Positions 38,132-48,904 of a DNA stretch of 64,000 nt are shown here, one piece after another. Both the position numbers and the translations under genes were made by a program. Each line of letters begins with the position of its first letter. Position 1 is the first letter of the stretch. Location: NCBI GenBank assembly GCA_029288865.1, contig JARIGM010000023.1:3039-67038 (forward strand), in the 5' to 3' direction. The stretch comes from Candidatus Kaiserbacteria bacterium. GTDB taxonomy: Bacteria > Patescibacteriota > Minisyncoccia > Phycocordibacterales > Phycocordibacteraceae. A model generated the notes under the pieces. The model was not told where the DNA came from. It did no database searches and was given only the letters and a program-made list of their open reading frames with translations.

Positions 38132-39853
38132 TTATGCTGTAGACGCCGATGTTGGAGCGGCCATTGGTTCGGGAGCTGCTGGAGCAGACACGAGGGGAAG
38201 CTCGACGATGAAGCGGCTGCCCTTTCCTTTCCCGTCTGATTCCGCCCAGACTTTGCCCCCTTGTCCTTCCACGAGCTGCTTAGCCACATAAAGACCGAGA
38301 CCGGTACCGGTCGTGTTCACCTTGTTCGCATCGCGAGCGCGTATGAACTTTGCAAAGAGTCCGTCGATCTCCGCAGGGTCGATGCCGATGCCTGTGTCTT
38401 GAGTCATGAATCGAACGGCCGTGTCTGTCTTCATGATTGAGACGGTCACGCTGCCCTGCTCGGTGTATTTGACGGCGTTGTCGATAAGGTTCGTGAACAC
38501 CTGCTTGATCTTGCCGAAGTCTGCGTTCACGGTGACGCTTGGAGAATCAGCAAATTCAAGCTTAAGACCCTTCTTGACCGCGATCGGCTTCATTTCCTCG
38601 GTCGCACGTTGCGCGAGCGCCGTCACGTCGACTGGAGCTATCTCATACTTCATGCGACCCTGTTCGATACGCGACACGTTGAGGTAGTCCTCGATCGAAG
38701 ATGTCATCACGCGAGTCGATTCCTGCACGACGGCAAGCGGATTGATCAGGTAATCAGGCAGCGGTCCATATGAGCCATCGCTAATATTGGCGATGTATCC
38801 CTTGATAGCCGTGATCGGGGCACGCAGCTGGTGCGATGCCACGGACAAGAACTCGCTTTTCATTTGATCGAGCTGTTTGAGTCGGTCATTCGCCGTCTTC
38901 AGTTCGCCGGCAAGTTCGATGATTTTCAATCGCGCGGATTCTTCCTTCTGTGCATTTTGCAAGAGGAGGAGGGCAAACACGATTGATATGCCCACCGTTA
39001 TAACACTCAAGATTGTTTGGGTCTGATTTTGTATGAGAAGGAGCTGAGAACCTGAGGTAATAATAAGCGCGTACGAGAATATTTGAGAGCCCAGAAGTCG
39101 GAAGTCAAAGACTCCCAGATTAGTTACCGCGAACATCATAACGATCAAGAAGACTGGCAGAACAAATAAACCGTATAGGTTAACCTCGTATATTCCGGTG
39201 ACGGACGAATAGTATTCTGTGCCGCCAAATACGACGAAGAATAAAAGAATTGCTACTGATACGACAGACAACTGTATGCGCTTTGCCCGGTCGGATTTCT
39301 TCCAGTTGATATATATAGAAAATAGTATTGAAAGAACGGCTATTCCTTCGGCTAGAAGTTTAAGATATGTCGACCAATCATTGTTTATAGCTTCGCATAC
39401 CGACTGAGTAAATCCGAGAACTGAGGTGCCGCTTACGGTAAGGAAGAAAGTTGGTATGCAGGCAAGTACAAAGATTACTTTTTCCCAGACAGTTACCTTA
39501 CCTCGTGAAAGAATGCCGAAGAAATAGGCACCAAATATGAAAGAAACGGCATTGATGAAATCTAGCCAGGACCACGTGTAATAAACCAAATAGTAATTAG
39601 ACACGACCCAATCCACCAGGTCTCCTAATAACCAAAGGGAGAAAGTAAGCGTAAAGGAAGCAAACACCAATGCCGGTTTGGAGAATTTTGCACGAAATAA
39701 TGTATAGCCTGCGAGGAATAGCGATATTGCAATTGGCACTACGTGAGAATATAGCGCAACCGTGTGGTAGCTGGCCGTTGTCGCGTAACAAGAATTCTCA
39801 AGCATACAATGATTATACGATACTAGCCGATCATTCAGCCTCTTGTATCCCAA
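38132..39853 (-). CDS. sensor histidine kinase with multi-TM N-terminal sensor domain (orphan, no adjacent response regulator)
   Basis: 573 aa; about 7 TM helices, coiled coil, HisKA H-box (SHQLRAPITAIKGY), HATPase_c G-boxes (DTGIGI, GTGLGL). Confidence 0.85.
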   Translation of the reverse strand: MGYKRLNDRLVSYNHCMLENSCYATTASYHTVALYSHVVPIAISLFLAGYTLFRAKFSKPALVFASFTLTFSLWLLGDLVDWVVSNYYLVYYTWSWLDFINAVSFIFGAYFFGILSRGKVTVWEKVIFVLACIPTFFLTVSGTSVLGFTQSVCEAINNDWSTYLKLLAEGIAVLSILFSIYINWKKSDRAKRIQLSVVSVAILLFFVVFGGTEYYSSVTGIYEVNLYGLFVLPVFLIVMMFAVTNLGVFDFRLLGSQIFSYALIITSGSQLLLIQNQTQTILSVITVGISIVFALLLLQNAQKEESARLKIIELAGELKTANDRLKQLDQMKSEFLSVASHQLRAPITAIKGYIANISDGSYGPLPDYLINPLAVVQESTRVMTSSIEDYLNVSRIEQGRMKYEIAPVDVTALAQRATEEMKPIAVKKGLKLEFADSPSVTVNADFGKIKQVFTNLIDNAVKYTEQGSVTVSIMKTDTAVRFMTQDTGIGIDPAEIDGLFAKFIRARDANKVNTTGTGLGLYVAKQLVEGQGGKVWAESDGKGKGSRFIVELPLVSAPAAPEPMAAPTSASTA

Positions 39854-40673
39854 GCCTGTTCAGAATGTATTCCTTGTCTTCGTGAGGATGACAGATCCAA
39901 AAGCGATCCCCTTCAATGTCGGTAGGTTCCAGAGATACAATAAGAGGCTTCAGGCCGGTGCTTCGGTACACTTCAATAAACGCTGGCAAGAATATATCTC
40001 GTGTAAATGAAAGTTCTTTTTCATCCAGCATGAAATTCTCAAATAATATCGCGTCTTTTACAAAGAGGGCTAGAAAAGATTTATAATAATCTTTTGCTAC
40101 TTCCCCGTTATGATGAAACCATTCAGAAGCATCAAAAAATTCCAGATCGAGATCAGGGAATCGACGAGAAAAAAGATGGTGATGAAAATCAATCAGCGAC
40201 TCACCGGTAATCGTCTTGACTTCGGAAATCTTCCTTCCATTAGCGAGGTTGAAGTCGATTGCATTTTTAGAATCAATTTTCGCTCCTCCCTGTTTGCCTC
40301 TTCCGTGATAGAAGAACAATCGCCCTAATGAATGTTTCCATTCGTTATTTGAGGTAAATTTATCGTTATGATATTCCCAAAAAAGTGGCTTAAGCTTGAT
40401 TGAATCAAGTAAGCTAAGAAAACGACGAATCTCGTAATTTGGAGTCACCAATTGCCTAAACATGACAGCCTTTGCCTCGCCTTGGAGTGCGAGGGGTGCC
40501 TTTATGTCTACCTGGATAGACTCGTCATTTCGACGTTTGTCCAGCTCAGCAAGTGCTTCTTCTAAAGGGGTATAGATAAAAGAATTAAATACTTCTCGAT
40601 TGGAAATCAGTAAATCAATGCTCGGAAGAGCATTTTCAGTTGAATATTTAACTCCGATAGTGTTATTGGTCAC
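39831..40673 (-). CDS. hypothetical protein (low-GC cassette)
   Basis: 280 aa, about 40% GC; start overlaps the preceding gene and the stop overlaps the kinase start, giving an operon-like arrangement. Confidence 0.45.
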   Translation of the reverse strand: MTNNTIGVKYSTENALPSIDLLISNREVFNSFIYTPLEEALAELDKRRNDESIQVDIKAPLALQGEAKAVMFRQLVTPNYEIRRFLSLLDSIKLKPLFWEYHNDKFTSNNEWKHSLGRLFFYHGRGKQGGAKIDSKNAIDFNLANGRKISEVKTITGESLIDFHHHLFSRRFPDLDLEFFDASEWFHHNGEVAKDYYKSFLALFVKDAILFENFMLDEKELSFTRDIFLPAFIEVYRSTGLKPLIVSLEPTDIEGDRFWICHPHEDKEYILNRLGIQEAE

Positions 40674-41022
40674 TTTGTTCGGGATTAGCAGAACATGAGT
40701 CGCCTGATGATTTTCCGCATTTTAGCTCTGTACATTGAGCGGTTCCGGCCACGCATTCTTTTTCACATGCGTCTCCGCTACATTTAGCAAAATCTGCAGC
40801 CTTGATAGTAAACACTCGGTAGTCTTCTAAGTTACTTGGGGGACAATTGCTATCTGGTGAAGAACAGTCGCGATGAAAACAATTTCCTGAAGCAGAATCA
40901 CAAGCAGCTTCTACCATGAATGTGTAATTCTTCTCTATTAGAAAAAACCATGCAGTAACCGCGAGTGCAATCAGAACAAGCCCCCAGAGGCATGCAAGTA
41001 CTAATTTAGAAGAAAACTCCAT
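40663..41022 (-). CDS. small membrane-anchored Cys-rich secreted protein
   Basis: 119 aa; N-terminal TM/signal anchor, then about 12 Cys in about 85 aa (CDSASGNCFHRDCSSPDSNC...). Confidence 0.45.
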   Translation of the reverse strand: MEFSSKLVLACLWGLVLIALAVTAWFFLIEKNYTFMVEAACDSASGNCFHRDCSSPDSNCPPSNLEDYRVFTIKAADFAKCSGDACEKECVAGTAQCTELKCGKSSGDSCSANPEQSDQ

Positions 41023-41129
41023 GTTTAATATAATAAGCCATATAAAATGAATTTGGCTTAATTTAAATATATCTGTGTATTAGTATTATAACAAAAGACC
41101 GGTTAGTAGTCAACTACTAACCGGTCGCA

Positions 41130-41768
41130 TCATACAAGATGCTTTACATAAAGAACTGCTTGGGTAATGGCGTCGAGGCACTGATTCTCAATTCCCGTCC
41201 AATCGATTCCGGGGAACCAGATCGGCAAGTGAGCCAGCAGGTAGTTTGCCACGATCACGATCACTGACCATCGGAGAGTCCAGTATGAATTTGAGAAGAT
41301 GACACTGGACCAGAAGATGAACCAGTCACGACCCGAAAGTCCGTCGTACGCGTCTTCTCCTTTGCGAAGATAGACGGTTACAATAAACGGATCGGTATTG
41401 ATGGAGAGTATGATGAATGCCGGAAACGCGCCTAAACGGGCGATCCAAAATACCATCCTGCTCATCCATCCTTTGTGTGGTGAGTTGGTGATTTCCTTGA
41501 GTGCCTCAAATCCAAACCAGTCCTGATGGAACCAGTCGTAGAGTTTGAGGTAAAAAAGACAAATCACTGCCGACAGAGGCGTCATCATAAGAAACGCAGC
41601 CACAGAGCCTTCAACTTTTCCCCACTGAGAAGTGCAGTACAGCACAACTGTGCCATAGAGTAGCCAATCGAAGAGGAATTCCTCGATGGCTTTGGCTGCA
41701 TACCCAACAGCCATAATGCCGATACGCTTTTTTGCGCCAGCAGTTAAACCAAGGCGTGCCATAGGCAC
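41130..41768 (-). CDS. polytopic membrane protein, hypothetical
   Basis: 212 aa, about 6 TM helices, Trp-rich. Confidence 0.5.
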   Translation of the reverse strand: MPMARLGLTAGAKKRIGIMAVGYAAKAIEEFLFDWLLYGTVVLYCTSQWGKVEGSVAAFLMMTPLSAVICLFYLKLYDWFHQDWFGFEALKEITNSPHKGWMSRMVFWIARLGAFPAFIILSINTDPFIVTVYLRKGEDAYDGLSGRDWFIFWSSVIFSNSYWTLRWSVIVIVANYLLAHLPIWFPGIDWTGIENQCLDAITQAVLYVKHLV

Positions 41769-42238
41769 ATCTCCTCTTCTACGTTTTGATGTTCAAGACG
41801 GCCAACCCGTCGATGAACATACTATATCACACTAATCTAAAATTGCAATACCTACGGAGCATCACTATAAAAGGGCTTATTTCTGAGTCTGTTTTAAGCA
41901 CATCACTACCTCCCTCAACACCACCCCGCCTTTCATCCTGAATCGTTCGTCTTCTTTCCGTTCTCCCGTATCGACGAAGCCCAGGTTTGATTCTGTTAGC
42001 TGATGCGATTTTTGAGAAGATTTTGTATGATGACCTCATGTGGATAAATCTGGATGAAGTACGGGACGCGCTTGTATTGTGGGCGTTCACAGTAGGACGG
42101 GCCATCGTTGGGCTGGTATTTGGGGCTGCACTACTTTTCCTCCTTTTCTGGATTGGCTGGGATAGCGGCCGAACGCTTCTGCAGTTACGGTTCCCGTCAA
42201 ACTTCGAGCAGCTCCTGCGGAGTTAGTCTCCCCTCTAA

Positions 42239-44026
42239 TCAGGTCAAACCGATGTGCAACTCATAGAGCGGCTTATAAACACCCTTCTCTTTTGTCATGA
42301 GTTCGTCGTGAGTGCCCTGCTCGGCGATCATTCCATCCTTCACGACGAGAATACGGTCGGCTTTGCGGACAGTCGAGAGTCGATGAGCAATGATAAAAGT
42401 AGTGCGACCACGCATCAGCTTCTCGAGCGATTGAGTAATGAGCTGCTCGGTTTTGGCATCGAGTGCGCTGGTTGGTTCGTCGAGAATCAGTATCTGCGGA
42501 TTGCGGAGGATGGCGCGAGCGATGGCGATGCGTTGCTTCTGTCCCACGGAGAGTTTGACGCCGCGCTCTCCAACGAGAGTATCGTATCCTTTGGGTAACT
42601 CCATAATGAAGTCGTGGATGTGTGCTTCCCGCGCAGCTTGCTGCATCTGTTCATCGGTTGCATCGAATGAACCGTAGCGGATGTTGATGCCGATCGTATC
42701 ATTGAATAGTGAAAGCTCTTGCGGCACTACGGCGATACTTTTTCGCAGCTCGTGGAGGTCCCAGTGACGCGTGTCGACTCCATCCACAAGCACGCTTCCT
42801 TCGTCAGGAAAATAGTATCCGGACAGGAGCGAGAGGATCGTGCTTTTCCCCGAGCCGGATTCTCCGACTAGCGCGACGGTCTCTCCGGGATGTGCGATGA
42901 ATTCGATGTCTTTAAGTACCCCGCTATCCTCTTTCCCGTAGCGGAATGATACATGCTGATAGGCTACTTCTCCTGTCGAAGTGGACGGTTTAGTCAGTTC
43001 ATCTGGCTGATATTTCTCCTCAGCCTGATCAAAGACGGACTCAAGATGTGCTGCAGAAGTAAGGCCGTTCTGAATGGTTTGCCAGCTGTGTCCGAGGGTG
43101 ACGAACGGTCCGAAGAACATAAGCGCATATCCATTCAAGGCAACCAATTCTCCCACAGTGAGAGTTCCCTGCTGGATCATGTGCACTGACAAGACGAAGA
43201 CAGCGAGCTGCGTAAGAAATACGATAATTCTCTGATAGAAACCGATGTCGCTCCAGGTCTTCTCAAGTTTGTACCAAAGACCCACGATGGTCGTCATGAA
43301 GACTTTCTCGATATTGGCAATTTCGTATTCTTCTGCCGCTGCCTGCTTCACAGCGGTGACCTGATTCACTGACTCGGCTGCTCGGTTCCAACTTTCATTC
43401 CAAGTAGAAAAAGCGAGGTCGTCGACTTTGGCGATCGGCCGTAACATGAAGATTAGCAGCACGATATATATACTTACGCCGAAGGCGAGTACGCCGGCAA
43501 GCTCGAAACTTATGCTCGCCGCAAGCGTGATACCAATGAGCACGGAAAGAAGTTGTGGAGCGATCTGAACGACATTCTGCCAGATGGTCGAGATGCGCCA
43601 CCCAGCATTACTGATCTTAGAAAGCACGCCGTTTATATGCGCATTAACGTGATATGCCAATGGTACGCGAAGTAGATGCTTGAATCCGGTCGCTTGAATC
43701 CCGACATGTATGAGGGTATCCACATAGCGCCGCATACGATCCATCACCCAATCATTAGCATTTGCAATCGCTTGAATGAACGCCCACACAGCAAGAAAGA
43801 ACACCCAAGGAGCGAGACTCATGATGGGAGTCTGAGCGGTCTGCAATCGTATGAGCGCATCGAAGAATCGCCCTGTTACGTATGGCACAAACCCGTTCGC
43901 TACAGCTGAAACAAGGCCTAGGATAAGGAGAATAACGAACGATCGTTTGTATCGTTTTGAATGTCGCCAGACGCCCTGTACACCTTGTGAAAAGGTCGTC
44001 TTCTCTTGATTTTCTCCCGTATCCAT
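42239..44026 (-). CDS. ABC exporter, fused permease and ATPase (MsbA/ABCB-type)
   Basis: 595 aa; 6 TM helices; Walker A GESGSGKST, signature LSVGQKQRIAIARA, Walker B ILILDEPTSALD. Confidence 0.9.
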   Translation of the reverse strand: MDTGENQEKTTFSQGVQGVWRHSKRYKRSFVILLILGLVSAVANGFVPYVTGRFFDALIRLQTAQTPIMSLAPWVFFLAVWAFIQAIANANDWVMDRMRRYVDTLIHVGIQATGFKHLLRVPLAYHVNAHINGVLSKISNAGWRISTIWQNVVQIAPQLLSVLIGITLAASISFELAGVLAFGVSIYIVLLIFMLRPIAKVDDLAFSTWNESWNRAAESVNQVTAVKQAAAEEYEIANIEKVFMTTIVGLWYKLEKTWSDIGFYQRIIVFLTQLAVFVLSVHMIQQGTLTVGELVALNGYALMFFGPFVTLGHSWQTIQNGLTSAAHLESVFDQAEEKYQPDELTKPSTSTGEVAYQHVSFRYGKEDSGVLKDIEFIAHPGETVALVGESGSGKSTILSLLSGYYFPDEGSVLVDGVDTRHWDLHELRKSIAVVPQELSLFNDTIGINIRYGSFDATDEQMQQAAREAHIHDFIMELPKGYDTLVGERGVKLSVGQKQRIAIARAILRNPQILILDEPTSALDAKTEQLITQSLEKLMRGRTTFIIAHRLSTVRKADRILVVKDGMIAEQGTHDELMTKEKGVYKPLYELHIGLT

Positions 44027-44050
44027 TAGTTAATACCCTACCACATTCTG

Positions 44051-44704
44051 TTAGGAGAGACCCCACTCCCGTTGTTTCTGCTCATACTGCAATTTTAATT
44101 CGCCGACTTTTTCTTCAGTAGGTTCTCCATACCCGTACTCGCGTAGAAAGATCTCACCATAACCAGGACCTAAATTATATTCAAGGCTCCATACAGCAGC
44201 TGACAGGTCTACTTCTGGGTAATCAATACCAACATCTCCCAGATCAACATACCCGGTAAGCTCTTCTTCGTTAAAAATGAAGTTAGGTAAGCATGCATCT
44301 CCATGGGCAAGAACTTTCCCTTGCCCGGCCGTTCCAAAGGGACAGGCTGTAGTTTCTATCGAATGAAAACTTCGTAATGCCATTGCCAGTTTCGTAGCGA
44401 TAAAATCGCCAGACCATTCAGCTTTGAATTTGGCCAGATTCTTTCCGGGAAGTTCGGTTGTGAGAAGGGCGTCAGAATTTCTAATCGTAATAAAACTTAT
44501 AACTTGAGAGACTGGTATCTTGCCTTGAAGCCACACTGATCGCTCGTGTTCTCTCCCGAGCCCGGCTGCGATTTTAAGGATATATTTTTGAGAAGGTGTT
44601 TCAATATGAAAGACCGTGCTTTGATCTCCATGTGCTTCTGGCTCAATGGCTATGACATCCTCTAATTCTCGCTTTGCCCATTCAATGTATGGTGCCGAAT
44701 CCAT
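44051..44704 (-). CDS. aminoglycoside phosphotransferase (APH)-family small-molecule kinase
   Basis: 217 aa; HGDACLPNF (HGDxxxxN catalytic loop) and VDLGDVGIDYPEVDL (DxGxxG...D) motifs. Confidence 0.75.
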   Translation of the reverse strand: MDSAPYIEWAKRELEDVIAIEPEAHGDQSTVFHIETPSQKYILKIAAGLGREHERSVWLQGKIPVSQVISFITIRNSDALLTTELPGKNLAKFKAEWSGDFIATKLAMALRSFHSIETTACPFGTAGQGKVLAHGDACLPNFIFNEEELTGYVDLGDVGIDYPEVDLSAAVWSLEYNLGPGYGEIFLREYGYGEPTEEKVGELKLQYEQKQREWGLS

Positions 44705-44707
44705 AAT

Positions 44708-45232
44708 CTAATGAACCAAGAAAAAGAGTCCGACGAGTGGCGCGATAAACCAAAGGAAGAAATATTTGTCCGGAGCAAAGAGCTGGTTGAGGGGTTTGGG
44801 GAAGGTGTAGAGATGATTCACGTCGAAGAGATGGTATGCGATCGCAAGGAGGAATGTGGCTGCTACGAATGAAAGCACGAAGCGCGGCACGAAGCTGAGG
44901 ATGCCGAAACCGCCATGCGTAAGTCGTTCGATGAATAAGAACGGAATGATGATGCAAATGAGGTATAGCACTATGCTAATAATCGTCTTGAGGAGTGGGG
45001 TCGGAGCAAATGAGAGCAGAAGCGAGGCATAGGGAAAGAGCGCGTATATGCCGTAGCCCATATAGAGGGCCACGATGAACGAGATAATGCCCCCGCGTGA
45101 ACGGTACGAGATCACGATCATGAGCACCGTGAGAATGAGAAGCGCGAGGAAGTTCCCGATCACTGCCCAGGCATGCTGAGCAAAACCAGTGACAACATTG
45201 CTGATCTGTACGGAGATCGAGTTTATATCCAT
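44708..45232 (-). CDS. membrane protein, hypothetical
   Basis: 174 aa, about 5 TM helices; 3 bp after the APH-like gene. Confidence 0.5.
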   Translation of the reverse strand: MDINSISVQISNVVTGFAQHAWAVIGNFLALLILTVLMIVISYRSRGGIISFIVALYMGYGIYALFPYASLLLSFAPTPLLKTIISIVLYLICIIIPFLFIERLTHGGFGILSFVPRFVLSFVAATFLLAIAYHLFDVNHLYTFPKPLNQLFAPDKYFFLWFIAPLVGLFFLVH

Positions 45233-45253
45233 CTCTCAATTGTACACGATGAA

Positions 45254-46339
45254 CTAAAGTCCCTCCCCCTTCAATTCGTCAATCGCCTTCTTCGCCTTCG
45301 CTGAAATTTTCTTCGGCATCGCGACGCTGATCTTGATGAGCAGATCGCCTTGACCACCTTCGGCGTATGCAACGCCTTTATTGCGGATGCGAAGTGTCTC
45401 TTCGGTGTGCTGCATTGCAGGCACTTTCACTTCGAGCTTCTTATCGTCGATGGTGGTGATCGTTACAGTAGTGCCGAGAAGAGCGTCGGTGAGCTTGATC
45501 GGGAGATTCATCACGAGGTTTGCGCCTTCCTTGCGATAGATGCTATGCGCCTTTACATGCACCTTCACGTACAAATCGCCGGACATGCCGCCCTTGATCG
45601 CTTCGCCTTGGCCGGGCATACGGATCATCTGGCCGTTATCGATGCCGGCTGGAATCTGAATGTTGATCTCCTCTTCTTTGCGCATGATGCCGCGGCCGTT
45701 GCAGTGTGTGCACGCCTCTTTTGGTGTCTTTCCTGAACCCTCACAAGTCGGGCAGCTGCGGACACTCGTGAACGAGCCGAGGATAGAGTCTCGGGTCTCA
45801 TGGATCTTCCCTGCTCCGTTACAGGTCTTGCAGGTCTGCATCTCTGTGCCGGGCTTTGCACCGGAACCGTCACAAACGTCACACTGGCTCACCTTGGTAA
45901 GCACGACGCTTCGCTTGGTGCCGAGAATAGATTCTTTGAATGAGATCTCAGTATCGATCGATATATCACGACCACGACGGCCGCGTCCATGACCTCCGCC
46001 GAAAATATCGCCGAAACCGCCGAAGATATCTGAGATGTCGAACTCGACGTTGCCACCATTGAAACCTTGGAAGTTGCTGAAGTCGAAACCGCCCATTCCA
46101 CCCATGCCGCCTGCGCCCGTAGGACCGCCACCTGGGAAGGTCTGGCCATATGAGTCATACTCGCGGCGCTTCCTGTCATCGCTCAACACGCTATATGCTT
46201 CGGTAATCTCCTTGAACTTCGCTTCGTCTCCGCCCTTGTCCGGGTGGTGCTTTTGCGCGAGCTTCCTGAACGCTTTCTTCACGTCGTCTTGTGTCGCCTT
46301 CTTGTCGACCCCGAGGATCTCGTAGTAGTTCTTTGCCAT
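45254..46339 (-). CDS. dnaJ: chaperone DnaJ
   Basis: J domain with HPD (KHHPDKGG), G/F-rich region, four CxxCxGxG zinc-finger repeats. Confidence 0.95.
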   Translation of the reverse strand: MAKNYYEILGVDKKATQDDVKKAFRKLAQKHHPDKGGDEAKFKEITEAYSVLSDDRKRREYDSYGQTFPGGGPTGAGGMGGMGGFDFSNFQGFNGGNVEFDISDIFGGFGDIFGGGHGRGRRGRDISIDTEISFKESILGTKRSVVLTKVSQCDVCDGSGAKPGTEMQTCKTCNGAGKIHETRDSILGSFTSVRSCPTCEGSGKTPKEACTHCNGRGIMRKEEEINIQIPAGIDNGQMIRMPGQGEAIKGGMSGDLYVKVHVKAHSIYRKEGANLVMNLPIKLTDALLGTTVTITTIDDKKLEVKVPAMQHTEETLRIRNKGVAYAEGGQGDLLIKISVAMPKKISAKAKKAIDELKGEGL

Positions 46340-46429
46340 ACCAAACCACTATACACCTGTCGCCGAGGGCAGCAAAATACCCCGCACGCGAGGCGTACGG
46401 GGTAAATGCTCAGCAGTTTTTTTATCGTC

Positions 46430-46846
46430 CTACCACGAGTACGTATTATACGAGTAGGAGTAGTTACTCGTCACTCCATGATTTACTGGCACTGTATACG
46501 TATACATCGGGTATGCGGTGTATCCCGGATAATATGCCGGCTGGTAGTACGTCGGCTGCGTGTAATACGTGTTGTAGTTATTGTAATTGTACGTGTAGTT
46601 GGTCGGTGGGGTGTAGTACTGGCTCGAGTACTGGTATGGCTGCTGATAGCCGCTGTACGTGTTGTACTGCGGATAATTGTTATATGCGTAGTGGTTTGAC
46701 CACGTCGAAGACGGCTCCGTCCAGGTCCACATGCAGCTCGCGTCGTACCGTCCGCACGTGCTTGCGTGTGTAGGTGTCGCGAACGAACATACCGCAACAA
46801 GGGCGAGCGCAACGATTCCAGAGTATACGTAATGATTCTTTTTCAT
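46430..46846 (-). CDS. secreted tyrosine-rich low-complexity protein
   Basis: 138 aa; signal peptide then about 30% Tyr with N/T/Q/P (YNYNNYNTYYTQPTYYQPAYYPGY); lies between dnaK and dnaJ. Confidence 0.5.
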   Translation of the reverse strand: MKKNHYVYSGIVALALVAVCSFATPTHASTCGRYDASCMWTWTEPSSTWSNHYAYNNYPQYNTYSGYQQPYQYSSQYYTPPTNYTYNYNNYNTYYTQPTYYQPAYYPGYTAYPMYTYTVPVNHGVTSNYSYSYNTYSW

Positions 46847-46863
46847 ACGCGGGAATAGTAGAC

Positions 46864-48756
46864 CTACTCAGGTGATTTTTCCGTGAATTCGGCGTCAGTT
46901 GCGCCTGCTTCCGGCGGGGTCTGGCCAGGCGTCTCTCCTCCAGCCTCTGGCTGTGCCTTCATCATCGCTTCACCGATTTTTGAGAGCGAGGTTGAAAGAG
47001 CATCACTCGCAGTTTTGATCGCTTCAAGGTCTTCCCCTTCACGAGCCTTCTTGAGGGCATCAATTTTCTCATTCACTTCCGTCACGACGGCAGCGTCTAC
47101 CTTATCGCCGTTTTCTTTGACCGCCTTCTCAGCGCTGTACACCATCTGTTCAGCGAGATTCTTTGCATCGACGAGCTCCTTACGCTTTGCATCTTCTGCA
47201 GCATGCGCATCCGCATCTGCTTTCATCTTCTCAATATCAGCGGTTGAAAGACCGGTCGAGCCCTCGATGCGTATAGATTGTTCCTTGCCGGTGGTTTTCT
47301 CTTTTGCCTTTACAGTAAGGATACCGTTTGTATCGATATCGAAGGTTACCTCGATCTGCGGAAGACCGCGTGGGGCTGGCGGAATGCCTTCGAGGTTGAA
47401 GCGTCCGAGGGACTTGTTGTCCGCAGACATTGCGCGCTCGCCCTGGGTCACATGGATCTCCACTGAAGTTTGATTATCTGCGTAGGTAGAGAAAGTTTGT
47501 GAGCGGGAGGTTGGAATAGCAGTATTGCGCTCAACGAGCTTCGTCGCGACTCCACCAGCAGTCTCGATAGCAAGTGAGAGGGGGATCACATCCACGAGGA
47601 GGATGTCCTTCACGTCGCCCTGCAAGATACCCGCCTGAATCGCAGCGCCAATAGCAACCACTTCATCAGGATTTACCGACAAGTTCGGTTCCTTTCCGAA
47701 GAGCTTCTTCACTTCCTCTTGAATCTTCGGCATGCGGGTCTGCCCTCCAACCATAACGATCTCATTGATGTCTGATGGCTTGAGACCTGATGCTTCAAGT
47801 GCGCGCTTAGTGATGTCGATCGAACGGGTGATGAATTCATCAGCAAGTGATTCAAGGTTTGCTCGTGTGAGCGTGAGGAGGAGGTGCTGAGGATTACCAT
47901 CTGATCCGATCGTGATGAACGGGATGTTGATCTCAGACTGCGCGGCTGTTGAGAGCTCATGCTTCGCCTTTTCTGCAGCCTCATCGAGACGTTGGAGCGC
48001 GAGTGGATCCTTAGAGATATCAAGACCGCTCTGCTTCTTGAACTCATCCACGAGATAGCGAATGATCTTCTGGTCGATATCGCGACCGCCCATGTGTGCG
48101 TCGCCGTCCGTAGATTTCACTTCAACCACATCATCTCCCACTTCAAGCACCGAGACGTCGAACGTACCGCCGCCGAAGTCGTACACGACGATCTTTTCGT
48201 CCTTCTTCTTGTTGAAGCCGTATGCGAGCGCTGCTGCGGTTGGTTCATTGATGATGCGCTTCACGTCGAGACCAGCAACCTGACCTGCTGCCTTGGTTGC
48301 ATTGCGTTGTGCATCGTCGAAATATGCAGGCACGGTGATGACTGCCTCAGTGATCTTCTCACCAAGCTTCGCTTCCGCGTCAGCCTTCATCTTGCTGAGG
48401 ATCATTGCTGACACCTCTTCAGGGCGATAGTCCTTGTCACCGAGGTGCACGAGTACGCCACCGTCTGGGCCTGCCTTGATCTCATACGGCACGACTTCAC
48501 GATCCTTCTTCACTGCTTCATCCTCGAAGCGGTGACCCATGAATCGCTTGATGCCGTAGATAGTGTTCTTCGGGTTGGTGACTGCCTGGCGCTTTGCAAG
48601 CGTACCGACGAGTCGTTCGCCGTTCTTGGCGATCGCGACGATCGAAGGAGTCGTGCGAGCTCCCTCTGCGTTTTCAAGCACGCGTGGCTCCCCTCCCTCC
48701 ATGATGGCCATGGCGGAGTTGGTGGTGCCGAGATCAATACCGAGTATCTTAGCCAT
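46864..48756 (-). CDS. dnaK: chaperone DnaK (Hsp70)
   Basis: 630 aa; [18 protein letters not shown] and other Hsp70 signatures. Confidence 0.95.
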   Translation of the reverse strand: MAKILGIDLGTTNSAMAIMEGGEPRVLENAEGARTTPSIVAIAKNGERLVGTLAKRQAVTNPKNTIYGIKRFMGHRFEDEAVKKDREVVPYEIKAGPDGGVLVHLGDKDYRPEEVSAMILSKMKADAEAKLGEKITEAVITVPAYFDDAQRNATKAAGQVAGLDVKRIINEPTAAALAYGFNKKKDEKIVVYDFGGGTFDVSVLEVGDDVVEVKSTDGDAHMGGRDIDQKIIRYLVDEFKKQSGLDISKDPLALQRLDEAAEKAKHELSTAAQSEINIPFITIGSDGNPQHLLLTLTRANLESLADEFITRSIDITKRALEASGLKPSDINEIVMVGGQTRMPKIQEEVKKLFGKEPNLSVNPDEVVAIGAAIQAGILQGDVKDILLVDVIPLSLAIETAGGVATKLVERNTAIPTSRSQTFSTYADNQTSVEIHVTQGERAMSADNKSLGRFNLEGIPPAPRGLPQIEVTFDIDTNGILTVKAKEKTTGKEQSIRIEGSTGLSTADIEKMKADADAHAAEDAKRKELVDAKNLAEQMVYSAEKAVKENGDKVDAAVVTEVNEKIDALKKAREGEDLEAIKTASDALSTSLSKIGEAMMKAQPEAGGETPGQTPPEAGATDAEFTEKSPE

Positions 48757-48852
48757 AGTCGTAGTAGTTACGTTATTAAATATACGCGCACGCGCGACGG
48801 TGCGCAGATAGGCACATAGTACCTCTAATAGTTTTAGAGTTCAAATGCGCGA

Positions 48853-48882
48853 GTAAAAAGAAAAGAGCCGCTTACGCGGTTC
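48853..48882 (-). terminator. rho-independent terminator on minus strand between grpE and dnaK
   Basis: GAACCGCG-UAAG-CGGCUC hairpin (one G-U) followed by UUUUCUUUUU on the minus strand. Confidence 0.55.
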
Positions 48883-48904
48883 TTTTCCGAGGCTGCTCGT
48901 TACT

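Noticed and set aside
46291-46812. Plus-strand ORFs 46291..46773 and 46406..46699, and minus ORF 46483..46812
   Set aside because: These are low-complexity shadow frames produced by the repetitive Tyr-codon-rich gene 46430..46846 and have no independent support.
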